Shown here: piece after piece, positions 1 through 12,100 of the stretch
Layout: each line of letters opens with the position of its first letter
Position numbering within the stretch: the first letter of the stretch is position 1
NCBI GenBank assembly: GCA_951406725.2
Contig: OX597818.1
Location: 21,204,001 to 21,268,000, forward strand
Reading direction: 5' to 3'
DNA: 64,000 nt
DNA from: Octopus vulgaris
Lineage: Eukaryota
Notes under the pieces: generated by a model
Told to the model about the DNA's origin: nothing
Databases searched by the model: none
The model's input: only the letters and a program-made list of their open reading frames with translations
Translations under genes and position numbers: made by a program

Positions 1-2246
1 AGTTAAATGGTTGTTAAACATTTATTATATATAGTTACAATTATTTGCATATTTATTCTTAATATGTCTAGACAGCTTCAAAAGCAAAATATGCTGGTCA
101 CTGTAACATATGTCAAAGGAGTAAAATTTCTCTCTTTCATAATGATAATGTATTCAACACACTTGATTCACTGGCATGCAAGCTTCTGGGACATTGCATG
201 CCAACATGTCTCAGCAGCCAAAAGTTTCCTGGACCTTTGAGTCTTGCCAAAAGAACAGTTTAACTCCAGTCAGAGAACCTAATGTTTTTCTATTTTAAAT
301 TGGTGATGATAATGCCTTATACTATGTGTAAAAAATCTTCGCAGTTAAGTTATGATTTATTCATATATGTAATACATACATATATACATTTATATATATA
401 GTGATAGAAAACAGGGGGTGAAGAAATCCAGGTGAATACCTCAGCACTCCATGTGAAAAAAAGAAAACCTGGCTAACAGAAAGTCAAGTGAGGAATATAG
501 GTTAACAATACCAAGTGTTCCATAGAAACTGTAAACCAAAAGTATTCACCAATTAATTGGTTGGTGCATTAATTGCAGAGTATAATAGCAATCAGGCAAA
601 TGTCTGATTGCTATTACAAACCAGTGTCTGATATTTGTACACATACATACATGTCAATGTGGCTTCCATCGATTGATCAATTGTGTGATGTTCATTGAAT
701 TAAGTGGTTGAGCATCCAATCCAATAGTATCCTTAAGTTGAATTATACATACAATCCATCCAGCAGGCTTTCACACAGCTTCCACCTAATCAAGTTCACA
801 CCCAAGGCATAGGTTGACTCAAGGCAATAGTAAAAGGGTGTTTACCCAAAATATATTGCTGTTGATTCAAATCAAGGATCTAGGGATTGTGAAGCAAACT
901 TCTCAACCACTCAGTCATGCTACAGCCATAATACACACCCACACACACACACGTGTATGTGATCATACTGCATCCAAAATATACATTTTTTTTGTTTTTT
1001 ACTTGTTTCAGTCATTGGACTGTGGCCATGCTAGGGTGGTTTTAGTCAAACCTTAAAGGATTTTAGTCCAATAAATCAACCCCAATACTTTAACAAACTA
1101 TAATACATACATACAAACAACGAGGCTTCCACACAGTTTCTTATTTCTTTATTGCCCACAAGGGGCTAAACATAGAGGGGACAAACAAGGACAGACAAAG
1201 GGATTAAGTCGATTACATTGACCCCAATGTGTTACTGGTACTTAATTTATCAACTTCGAAAGGATGAAAGGCAAAGTCAACCTCAGCAGAATTTGAACTC
1301 AACGTAACAGCAGACGAAATACCGCTAAGCATTTCGGCCGGCGTGCTAACGTTTCTGCCAGCTTGCCACCTTCCACACAGTTTCAGTCTACCAACTTCAC
1401 TCACAAGGCATTAATAGCAGAAAACACTTGTCCAATGTGCCATGTAGTGAGACTGAACCTAAAACCACAGGGCTGCAAAGCAAGCTTCTTAACCATACAG
1501 CCCTGTCTGTACCTAATGTTATATTTATGTATATGTGTGTGTGTGTGTGTCATATGAGAAGCATATATCAAACCGCACATCTCACACTTCTTACATGAGG
1601 GTATATTGAGCATATCTATCTGTTTGTATCACAAAATAAACATGAATTACAAAGATAATGACTAAAGCAATAAAATATCAAATAAACAAAAGATAGAATT
1701 TGGTTGCCCAGTCAGCTAAATATAAACCAGCATCTGTATCACACTCCTGCCAGAAACAGAATGAAAGCCCTAATGACGTGCCAAAAAGAAAAAAAAAGCC
1801 TCTTGTTGCCTCTATTTCTGTGGTTTATTTGAAATGCTGGCTGAAAGTCAACTTAATATGCATTTATATTGTGTGTGCTTTTTGTTGTTTTTGTGTTTTC
1901 AGAGAGAATGGTGAAGACTGGAAAGTTTGGAGGCGGTAGAGACATTTTTTTTTTATAGCTTTCATTAAATTCTTTGTTTAATCATGACATTAATTATGTG
2001 CTAGACTGTCTGCTTCAGTAGGGTTATAGATATATGGTTTTTGATGGAAATATGAAAGCAAATATGCATTCATACGCACACACTCATATGAGCAGATATA
2101 CACATGTATGCTGACATACACAAAGCCACTCAATTAAAAGACTCTAGGCAAGGTTAGATGTCAAGAGCAATAACGTAATGTGCAAGCACAAACAGATATA
2201 AGTTTGTGCATGCTTGTCTATATATGTGTATGTTTATATATATATA

Positions 2247-2452
2247 GGGAGATGTACTCGCATAGCAAGTAATTTGATCTGAGATCGTGTGCTGAAACGA
2301 AGACAATTGCAGCGTGGAAGGTGTTTATAAGCCATTTAAGAAACACACAAAAGCCGTTCGATTCACTTCAACATTTAAGTTTAATTTGTCAAAATATTTT
2401 TGTCGCTAAAATCCGCGACCTGTTCACTGACAAAGGCCGTGCTGCATCTCGT

Positions 2453-2455
<3 letters not shown>
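2247..2455 (-). mobile_element. Short hammerhead-bearing non-coding element in (TA)n
   Basis: Homologous to 2730-2940; TA-flanked; carries G3-C8 hammerhead. Confidence 0.7.
2385..2434 (-). ncRNA. Minimal hammerhead ribozyme, G3-C8 variant (copy 1)
   Basis: Minus: tttgtca-GTGAACA-g-gtcgc(ggatttta)gcgac-AAAA-atat-TT-tgacaaa; G12>A at a CpG. Confidence 0.7.
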
Positions 2456-2496
<41 letters not shown>

Positions 2497-2599
2497 TCAT
2501 ATATAAATATATATCAATATATATGTATATTTATGTATATTTATATATATAAATATAAATAAATATATATATATATATACATAAATATACATATAAATG

Positions 2600-2633
<34 letters not shown>

Positions 2634-2867
2634 TTTTTATATACATATATGATAATGATGACAACAACAATGATGATGATGATATACATATATATATATT
2701 TTTATATATATAAATATATATATATATTATGGAGTTGTACTTGCATAGCAAGTGACCTGATCTGACATCATGTGCTGAACAAAAATAATTGCAGTGTGGA
2801 AGGTATTTATATAAGCCATTTAAAAACACACACAAACCATCAGATTCACTTCAACATTTAAATTTAA

Positions 2868-2918
2868 TTTGTCAAAATATTTTTGTCGCTTTCAGACCGC
2901 AACCTGTTCACTGACAAA
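2868..2918 (-). ncRNA. Minimal hammerhead ribozyme, G3-C8 variant (copy 2)
   Basis: Minus: tttgtca-GTGAACA-g-gttgc(ggtctgaaa)gcgac-AAAA-atat-TT-tgacaaa. Confidence 0.7.
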
Positions 2919-2978
2919 ATTCCATGCTGCATTAGAGAAAATAACTAACTGTCACTTTCTCAGATGCAGCATGGAATT

Positions 2979-3027
2979 TTGTCGGTGAACAGGTCTCGGT
3001 CTCAAAGCAATGAAAATACTTTGACAA
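2979..3027 (+). ncRNA. Minimal hammerhead ribozyme, G3-C8 variant (copy 3, inverted arm)
   Basis: ttgtcg-GTGAACA-g-gtctc(ggtctcaaa)gcaat-GAAA-atac-TT-tgacaa; GAAA intact, stem II decayed. Confidence 0.65.
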
Positions 3028-3544
3028 CTTAAATTTAAACGTTGAAGTGAATCTAACGGTTTTTGTGTGTTTTCAAATGGCTTATAAACACCTTCCATGC
3101 TGCAATTGTGTATATATATATCTTTATATATTCTTTACTTTTATTTGTTTCAGTCATTTGGCTGCAGCCATACTGGAGTACCACCTTCAGTCAAACAAAT
3201 CGACCGTAGGACTTATTTTTTTAAGCCTAGTACTTATTCTATCACTCTCGTTTGCCAAGTTACAGGGACATAAACACACCAACACCAGTTGTCAAGGATG
3301 GTAGGGAGACAAACACATGCATACGCACACACACACATACACATACACACACACACATGCACATATACGACAGGCTTCTTTCAGTTTCTGTTCACCAGAT
3401 CCACTCACAAGGCTTTAGTTGGCCTGAGGTTATATTTTTTCTCCTTTCAGCTCAGACCTGTGGCCATGCTAGGGCACCACCGTTTTGCTACACTCTTATT
3501 ATTCAGAGCCCCCTCTAATATGTGACATTTGCAGCAAGATAGAT

Positions 3545-3995
3545 TCATCCGAGACTCTCAACATTTTGATTTGAAAACATCTACATCTACATTGTATAGG
3601 TCCTTCAGGCTCTTTGAGAGAATATTGAAAAGCTATGGACCCTGAACGCAGGCTGTTGCACTAACTCGTGCTGAAGTGTGATGGCATTGTGCAGTGTCGA
3701 CCCCCTTCTGGCATTGGTGTAGCTTTCCATGCCAAATTTGGCACAATTCCTCTAAGGATATTCCAGATAAATATTACTGCATACTTCTCCCGCATTTACT
3801 CCAGAGAGTAGAGTCTTAGCTGTTTCAGCCTTTTCCAGTAGCTGAACTGTTGCAATAAGACAATCTTTTTTGTGAAGCTTTGCTGGATTGCTTCAAGACC
3901 GCGGTTAATTTTACACTGTTGGGTGAGCATAGCTGGGAGCAGTAATACAGGTGGCTGAGGACAAATGTCCTCCAGAAGACCGTCATGGTTTCCTT
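3545..3995 (-). mobile_element. CR1/L2-like LINE 3' RT fragment
   Basis: FWRTFVLSHLYYCSQLCSP motif. Confidence 0.6.
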
Positions 3996-4558
3996 TTTCT
4001 TACCAACCACATGGTTCCAGGTTCAGTCCCACTGCGTGGCACCTTGGGCAAGTGTCTTCTACTATAGCCTCAGGCCGACCAAAGCCTTGTGTGTGGATTT
4101 GGTAGACAGAAACTGAAAGAAGTCCATCGTATATATGTATATATATATATATGTTTGTGTGTCTGTGTTTGTCCCCTAGCATTGCTTGACAACCGATGCT
4201 GGTGTGTTTATGCCCCCGTTACTTAGCGGTTCAGCAAAAGAGACCGATAGAATAATACTGGGCTTACAAAGAATAAGTCCCGGGGTCGAGTTGCTCGATT
4301 AAAGGTGGTGCTCCAGCATGGCCGCAGTCAAATGACTGAAACAAGTAAAAGAATAAAGAGTATATGTATATATATGTATATACATATGTAATTATATATA
4401 GATATATATGTATATACATATATAATTATATATAGATATCTATATATATGTATATATATATATAATTATATATAGGTATTTATATGTATGTATATATAAA
4501 TATATCCTTAAAATCCTTAAAAATGTTTTAGCCCGAAGGCCGCTCTATATATATATAT

Positions 4559-4908
4559 ATCCGAACGTGGCCGTAGCCAGTACCACATCGACTGGCCTCC
4601 GTGCTGTGGGCACGTAACAAACACCATCCGAGCATGGCCATTCGCCAGCCTCATCTGGCACCTGTGTCGGTGGCACAAAAAAAGCCCCATCCGAGTGTGG
4701 CCGTTCGCCAGCCTCATCTGGCACCTGTGTCGGTGGCACATAAAAAGCATCCACTACACTCACGGAGTGGTTGGCGTTAGGAAGGGCATCCAGCTGTAGA
4801 AACACTGACAGATCTGACTGGCCTGGTGCGGGCTTCCCAGACCCCAGTTGAACCGTCCAACCCATGCTAGCATGGAAAGCGGACGTTAAACGATGATGAT
4901 GATGATGA
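4559..4908 (+). mobile_element. RTE 3'-tail fragment
   Basis: ggcgttaggaagggcatccag...gacgttaaac(gat)n. Confidence 0.85.
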
Positions 4909-4959
4909 TATGTATATAAATATATATAGACAAGGGGAGAAATTAATGTAATCTTAGAA

Positions 4960-6756
4960 GTGAGAAAATCAGTAATACCTTTCGATAATAAACTATGGGT
5001 AAGAAAAGACTCCCCGAATAACTTTGATATCACTATGGAAGCCCCAGATTCAGCACAGGTTACAGACTTAGTAGGTATTTATTTGTTATCATACCTACAG
5101 GAAGAATTCCCAGAAATCAAGGGTAGGCTATATAGGGATGATGCACTATTCATACTAAAAAACGTCTCTAATAGGAAATTAGAACTCATTAAGAAAAAAC
5201 TATATAAATTTTTGAAAGATTCCTCTATTAATTACCTAGATGCCAACTGCAACCTAGCCATGGGACTCCATGAACCCTACGTAAAACTTAATACAAACCT
5301 CAAGTATATAAGCACATCCAGTAACCATCCAAACTTTATTAAAAGAGGGTTAGTATATAGCATTAGCAAAAGAATTTCACACCTTTCCTCTAACCTAGAT
5401 ATCTTCAATAAGTATAAAGATTTCTACAATAGCACATTAGAAAAAGCAGGGTACAAACAAAAAATTAAATACCTAGACTTAGAACACTACACAAATAACT
5501 GGAATAACATAAATGCCCAAGACAATTATCACAACTCTAACCACACTCCAAACGAAACTAATAACCACATTAAAAATATGAACAACATAGATAAGTTTAA
5601 TAACAATAATATCAAAAACAAAAACTGCAGAAATAATGCTAAGATTCATACTAAGATAACAAACAACATTAAAAATGATAATAAAACTAATACCAAAAAT
5701 GTGAAAATTAATAAAATTAAGAATACTAACATGATTAACAATAATAATAATAATAATAATAATATTAATAAGAATAAAACCAATGAAACCCAAAGAACCA
5801 ATATAACCCCAGTGAAGATTGTTAACACCCAGCCATATAACTTAAGAAAACCATACAGAAATAACCCTAATAAAACCCACACTAACAATAACAAAAATAA
5901 AAATAACTATAGAAAGAAATATAATAATCATAACAGCAACTTTACACTCTACACGAAAACTGAGGAGAGCTTCTACATCAAAAATAATAATATTAAATAT
6001 AAACGAAATAGTGATAAGATCTGGTTAATAATCCCCTACGCGATGCAGCTTAAATCTAACATAGTTCACTCCATAATGAGACTTGTAGGTAAGCACTTGA
6101 ACTTGAATAACAAATACTCAGAAATCTTTAAGAATAAAATTAGAGTAGGCCATAGCCTTACTAGTAACGTAGCTACCATCATAGCCTCGATCAACAATAA
6201 TAAGCTAGATGCTTTCTACGAAACTAGGAAAAATACCAGCATAAGACATAACAGCCAACAAGCAAATGGAATTAATCTCGTCCCTGATAGCCCACCCACA
6301 AACAACACAGACCTGATAAATAATTACGCCCCTCAACATAACATAAGCACAGATAAACTGAATAATTTATGTGGCTGCAGAGACAGAAATAAGTGTCAAT
6401 TCTCCAATAGGTGTAAAATAAAAAACGTAATATACCAATGCAACGTACTCACAAATAACCATACAAAATCTTATATAGGAGCCACGAAAAATGAAATGCT
6501 TCTTAGATACAATTCCCACCAATCTACATTTAGAAATAGAAGTAAAGCAAAGTCTACAAAAAAAATCAACTATAGTTTAGAATGGCGTATCCTAGCAAAA
6601 ACTTCGTCTTACACCATTAAAAGTAAGTGCTGTCAGTTATGTGAAACAGAAAAACTACTAATATTAATGGCCAAATCACCATTACTCAATAAGAAATATG
6701 AAAATAATATTTTTTGTCTGCATAAAGGCAGATTTGTATTCTCTAAGTTTCATTAA
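4960..6756 (+). CDS. Penelope-like RT/GIY-YIG polyprotein remnant (N-terminally truncated) with Asn-rich inserts
   Basis: 598-aa open frame with RT YRDD motif and GIY-YIG; short in-frame deletions appear likely after KFLKD and KAKST. Confidence 0.8.
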   Translation: MRKSVIPFDNKLWVRKDSPNNFDITMEAPDSAQVTDLVGIYLLSYLQEEFPEIKGRLYRDDALFILKNVSNRKLELIKKKLYKFLKDSSINYLDANCNLAMGLHEPYVKLNTNLKYISTSSNHPNFIKRGLVYSISKRISHLSSNLDIFNKYKDFYNSTLEKAGYKQKIKYLDLEHYTNNWNNINAQDNYHNSNHTPNETNNHIKNMNNIDKFNNNNIKNKNCRNNAKIHTKITNNIKNDNKTNTKNVKINKIKNTNMINNNNNNNNNINKNKTNETQRTNITPVKIVNTQPYNLRKPYRNNPNKTHTNNNKNKNNYRKKYNNHNSNFTLYTKTEESFYIKNNNIKYKRNSDKIWLIIPYAMQLKSNIVHSIMRLVGKHLNLNNKYSEIFKNKIRVGHSLTSNVATIIASINNNKLDAFYETRKNTSIRHNSQQANGINLVPDSPPTNNTDLINNYAPQHNISTDKLNNLCGCRDRNKCQFSNRCKIKNVIYQCNVLTNNHTKSYIGATKNEMLLRYNSHQSTFRNRSKAKSTKKINYSLEWRILAKTSSYTIKSKCCQLCETEKLLILMAKSPLLNKKYENNIFCLHKGRFVFSKFH

Positions 6757-7686
6757 ACCCACTCATCCCTATAAACACCACTATCTCCTAGCTTAAATGT
6801 TATTAGCAGACCTAATTTTCAGCCTTTTACCTCCCCTTAACCTTCCATAACCTAACTAGCTTACACATATCCAACCCACATAATAAATAAATAAAAATAT
6901 ACATATCTTACGCTAGCCTACCCCAACCCACATTATCAATAAATAATTAATACACATAAACTACTTTCTACGCTAGCCTACCTTCTCCCTATAATTCTTT
7001 CCTGTCAAGAACTACCAACTCTTTTACATGTTAATTTCCTCTTCTATCTCTTTCGTTACCTTTTCATTGTTATTAGCATAAATATTATTCCGATACTTTA
7101 TATTTACACGCTTAATCGCACTCATGCTAGATAAAAATTTTACCCTCATTTTCGGCTTCCTCTGCAAATATATGAACTACCCACAACCTATAAGTTAGTG
7201 ACACTTAACTCCTATTAACCACACCGGATATCCATAATTAGGGATAACTCCCTCAGATTACACCGCCGGTCAACTAGCTAAACAGGCAGACACATGGAAG
7301 TCATGCTAATAACTAACTACGAGACTTCGGATTCAACCATCCTCTATTCTTCAACTACCTCACAATGAACTTAATGAACTTTGAACACAACTAAATATTA
7401 GACTTTCGAATCATTGAACTTTTCCTTTCCGATTTCTCCCTCTATCTTTCGCTCTATTCCCCTCTTTGTCTATCTCTGCTTTCTTTGTTCAAAAACAAAT
7501 TACACAAACGTATATAAACAGAAGATACAAATATTACAGGCATTTCCCCCACACACACACACACTAACTAAACATAGATGCACATAGAGATATACACATG
7601 CACAAATGAAGACACATACAATAGAAATACAAAATGGCTGACGGTTAGTAAGGAGAGACACACAAATAAGAAAGAAGAAAGCAAAG

Positions 7687-7730
7687 GACCACTGATGCGG
7701 TCACAGGAATGTGATGAAAGAACTCTGGTC
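7687..7730 (+). ncRNA. Minimal type-I hammerhead ribozyme in Penelope 3' end
   Basis: gacca-CTGATGC-g-gtcaca(ggaa)tgtgat-GAAA-gaac-TC-tggtc; stem I 5 bp, stem II 6 bp; A9 is C. Confidence 0.75.
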
Positions 7731-7814
7731 GAAATAAGATTAAGATTAATGTAATAAATAAATAACACTGAAGCAAAGTAACACCAAATATATAGTGCGT
7801 GTGTTTTTATTGGC

Positions 7815-9021
7815 TAAACAGGGAGAAAAACTAGAAATAGTTGATAGCTTCCGTTACCTAGGTGACCAAGTCAGCAGCGGGGGCAGGTGTGCTGAAAGTG
7901 TAACTGCTAGAGTAAGAATAGCTTGGGCAAAGTTCAGAGAGCTCTTACCTCTGCTGGTGACAAAAGGCCTCTCGCTCAGAGTAAAAGGCAGACTGTATGA
8001 CGCGTGTGTACGAACAGCCATGCTACATGGCAGTGAAACATGGGCCGTGACTGCTGAGGATATGCGTAAGCTCGCAAGAAATGAAGCCAGTATGCTCCGA
8101 TGGATGTGTAATGTCAGTATTCATACTTGACAGAGTGTAAGTACCTTGAGAGAAAAGCTAGACCTAAGAAGCATCAGATGTGGTGTGCAAGAGAGACGTT
8201 TGCGCTGGTATGGACATGTGGCGAGAATGGATGAAGATAGTTGTGTGAAAAAGTGCCACACCCTAGCGGTTGAGGGAACCTGTTGAAGAGGCAGACCCAG
8301 GAAAACCTAGGACGAGGTGGTGAAGCACGACCTTCGAACTTTAGGTCTCACTGAGGAAATGACAAGAGACCGAGACCTCTGGAAGTATGCTGTGTGTGAG
8401 AAGACCTGGCAGGACAAGTGAGACCATAACCCGTGGCCTTCTACATGGGATGTAGCCAGCCCATTTATGCATACCTTCCCTTCTTGGGACACAAAACTCT
8501 ACTTGTGAAGACCTGTTGAGGCAAGTGAGAATCAGAATCGAAATCGATCAATGGAAATTGCAGCTGAGTTACCAGTGCCGGTGGCACGTAGGAGAACCAT
8601 CCGAATGTGGCCGTTGCCAGCGCCGCCTCGACTGGCCTCGTGCCGGTGGCACGTAAAAAGCACCATCTGTTCGTGGCCGTTGCCAGCCTCGCCTGGCCCC
8701 CGTGCCGGTGGCACGTAAAAAGCACCATCCGTTTGTGGCCGTTGCCAGCCTCGCCTCGCCCCCATGCCAGTGGCACATAAAAAGCATCATCCGATCGTGG
8801 CCGTTTGCCAGACTCATCTGGTACCTGTGCCGGTGGCACGTAAAAAGCACCCACTACACTCATGGAGTGGTTGGCGTTAGGAAGGGCATCCAGCCGTAGA
8901 AACATTGCCAGATCAAACTGGGCCTGGTGCAGCCTTCTGGCTTCCCAGACCCCAGTTGAACCGTCCAACCCATGCTAGCATGGAAAGCGGACGCTAAACG
9001 ATGATGATGATGATGATGATG
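7815..9021 (+). mobile_element. RTE LINE 3' fragment
   Basis: FRYLGD...MLHGSETW, tandem 3' UTR repeats, (GAT)n tail. Confidence 0.9.
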
Positions 9022-10201
9022 AAACTGGCAAAATGACCATTCCAAAATACAACAATATGAATAAATACAGTTCACCAGGTAGAATTTATTCTCATGTTTA
9101 CACCTGGCTGTTATACAAACTCCCCAACCTTTGTTATGTAGCACCACAAATTCATTTAATTTCTCATGTCAGGACATAACATGGTGTCTGAATTCACTGT
9201 GTATGATTAATGCATTTGCATCTTATTTCTGTTTACGAAAACCTGACATACTATAAAAAACCTATTTTTGTTTAAGAAATGGGACTTCTGTCAAGCTAAA
9301 AACATTTTCATCACTCACAGAGGAACACAACCACATTGTGGGTGGTGAGTAATTAACTCAACTCCCATACAAGACTGACTGATGCGTAGTTTATAGAGTC
9401 TCATGGGTGGGTAGGATGAAAGCAAAGTTCAGCTCAACAAGATTTTAAAACTAAAGAATTGTAACTAGAGAGCACAAATCATTCAATCTGGCACTCTACT
9501 AATTCTGTCAAACCAGTGCTATCTTCATAGTAACAATAATACTAATCCTTTATTCTAGGGACACAAGGCTTGAAATTTAGTGAGAGGGGTATAGTTGATT
9601 AAATCAACCCCAGTGTTCAACTGGTCTTTATTTTATCATTCTGGAATGGACAAAAGGCTAGGCCGACCTTGGTAGATTTAGAACTCAGAATGTAAAGGCA
9701 GATAAAATGCTGCTGAGCATTTTATACAACAATTCTGCCCACTTATCACCTTATTATTATAATCCTTTCTACTATAGGTACAAGGCCTGAAATTTGTGGT
9801 GAGTGGGCTAGTCAATTATATCACCCCCAGTGCTCAACTGGTAATTATTTCATTGACCCTGAAGGGATGAAAGGCAAAGTCAACTGCAGCAGAATTGAAA
9901 CTTAAAACAAAATGATGAACAAAATGCTGCTAATAATTCTACAAGCTCACAGCTTTCAAAAGGCTTTGTTTACTATAATAATAATCCTTTCTACTAAAGG
10001 CACAAGGCCTGAAATTTGGTGGGAGGGGTCTGGTCAATTACATCGACCCCAGTGTTTCACTGGTCCTTAATCTATTGACCTCAAAAGGATGAAAGGCAGA
10101 CAACCTCGGCAGAATTTGAACTCTGAATAAGACAACAGCCGAAATACCACTAAGCATTTCATCCAGCATACTAACAATTCTGCCAACTTGCCACCTTAGA
10201 C

Positions 10202-10209
10202 AATAATAA

Positions 10210-10275
<66 letters not shown>
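10202..10275. repeat. (AAT)n microsatellite
   Basis: Direct inspection. Confidence 0.95.
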
Positions 10276-10277
<2 letters not shown>

Positions 10278-10849
10278 GCTTCAAATTTTGGCACAAGGCC
10301 AGCAATTTCGGGAGATGAGGTATATATATATATATATATAATGAGCTTCTTTCAGTTTCCATCTACCAAATCCACTCACCAAGCTTTGGTCAGCCCAAGG
10401 CTATAGTAGAAGACACTTGCCCAAGCTACTTACCACACCTCTGCATACGGCTTGTAAGGCTTTCACAAGTCACTCATCTACTTCTCATACCTTAGTGGCC
10501 ACCAGATCATAAAGCAAGACTCACTGTCAAAGGCTTTCTCCAGATTGATGAATGATAGGTATAAGAGCTTACTTTTAGCTATGTACTTCTCTTATTATTT
10601 CACTAGGAAGATGACATCAGTGGTACCCTTTCCTGGCACAAGTCAGATTGCATTTTGTCTAAAAGATGCATTAATTTTACAGTACTGTTCCTTAGAGTAA
10701 TGATTTTTTTCAGCTGCTACTACTATATACAAGCTTGGTGCAATGGAATCCTTTGTGAATTCAATATAGTAACTATTCACACAAAGTTTTTTTGTTTTTT
10801 TTTGTAATATTTAATGGCTTAATCAGTTGGTGTTATCAGTATGTTTTAT

Positions 10850-12100
10850 CTTCAACTTAAATATATATAAGTCAATGTCTGCAGAAAGGGAATTCTAGAG
10901 GATTGACACTCTGGAGAAAAAGGATTGGAAAATGTGATTCAAGCAAGGCATGAGAGATGATGAAATACAGTTGAGGCAATGAAGGTTAAAGGGACAGTGT
11001 GTTTGATGGACTTGGTTGAAGGTGGTTATGCAACTAGCTAGTTCTGAGAGCAATAGTGGTAGAGAGAGAGAGAAAGCTGCATATCTGAAGGCCAAGGGTT
11101 GTTGTGTGTTGATGAGTGAGTTTTTGACAATCACTTATATAACTTTCCTTTGAATATAATTTAGGATGTCTGGATAATATGAATAGCACCATCACAGATA
11201 TAGGAGCAGTTTCTTACTTTGATGTTTTGTAGAGGATCAGTGACTGATCAAGGTTGAAGTATTTTGTGTTCTTGAAGCAAAATTCTTATTTTTGGAATGC
11301 AGTTTTGAGGGATTGGTAAGATAAATTCTCTGAGAGTTTGAGGTCTAAATATTTGTAGTGACTGAGAATTTTTATTTTGTGTTCTTCATAGCAATGAGGT
11401 TGAGGTGTAAGACTTTTTTTTTTTTGACAAGAGCAGTGATTGTGTCTTTGTGTTGTTGAAAGAATCCAGCTTATCATCTCTTCACTGAAGTATATTTTTG
11501 AAGGATGAATGTCTAAATTGCATGTGGAGGGTGCCTGTATGTAGAAGGTTAGGGAGTGGGGTGAAAAATGGCATCATTTGAAAAGGAATGAGTATTGTTA
11601 GAAGTGGCAGGAAACAAGAAGAATGACTAAGCCTTCTGGCACAATAACTTTTTAGTTCACATTGCAATTTGACAGAAAACTTCCAGTCAAAGAAATAAAA
11701 GATGAATGAAGTCTATAGGCAGGCAATTTAGGTTTTGTAGGCTAGATGTGATCAAAGCTTTGTCTATGTCAAGTGAAATGATAATGCTTTCACCAAACTT
11801 CTCATAGGAAAATGACAAAGAAAAGATCCTCTTTTAGGAATATAGAAATTAGCTAAGATTTGGATAGATTCTTGCAGAAAGAAAATTTAAGACTCTGTGA
11901 AAGATAATGGGTAGCCCTAGAGTGCCAGTTTGGTAGTAATGGAGGGAACATTTGTGAAGATGAGTGACCTTATTGGTTTGAAGCAAGTGTGCTTTCATAC
12001 TTGGCAAATACATTTATAAGCTAGTTATCTTGGTGGGATGGAGAGGGGCACTTTATTGAATATTGTAGCATTGGAAGTAAAGCCAACAGGAAGTCAAGAT
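10850..12100 (-). mobile_element. Very decayed non-LTR RT (CR1/Jockey-group)
   Basis: ISLDIDKA, YKYLD, SFFSRVSI remnants. Confidence 0.5.

Larger units (their letters stand above)
2730..3108. mobile_element. Fold-back hammerhead-bearing element
   Basis: Arms ~2787-2940 and 2956-3108, 15-nt loop, TA-flanked. Confidence 0.8.
4929..7814 (+). mobile_element. 5'-truncated Penelope-like retroelement (Naiad-like): RT + C-terminal GIY-YIG endonuclease, long 3' UTR with hammerhead ribozyme
   Basis: ORF motifs FDITMEAPDSAQVTDLVG, LYRDD, SNHP, CGC..C..C, VIY..YIG, CQLCETEK, LNKKYE..CLH; hammerhead at 7687; AATAAA near 7753; starts in a (TA)n tract. Confidence 0.9.

Noticed and set aside
6373-6756. Selenocysteine recoding as reported for some Naiad elements
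   Set aside because: No in-frame TGA; the ORF ends in TAA with Cys codons at the motif positions.
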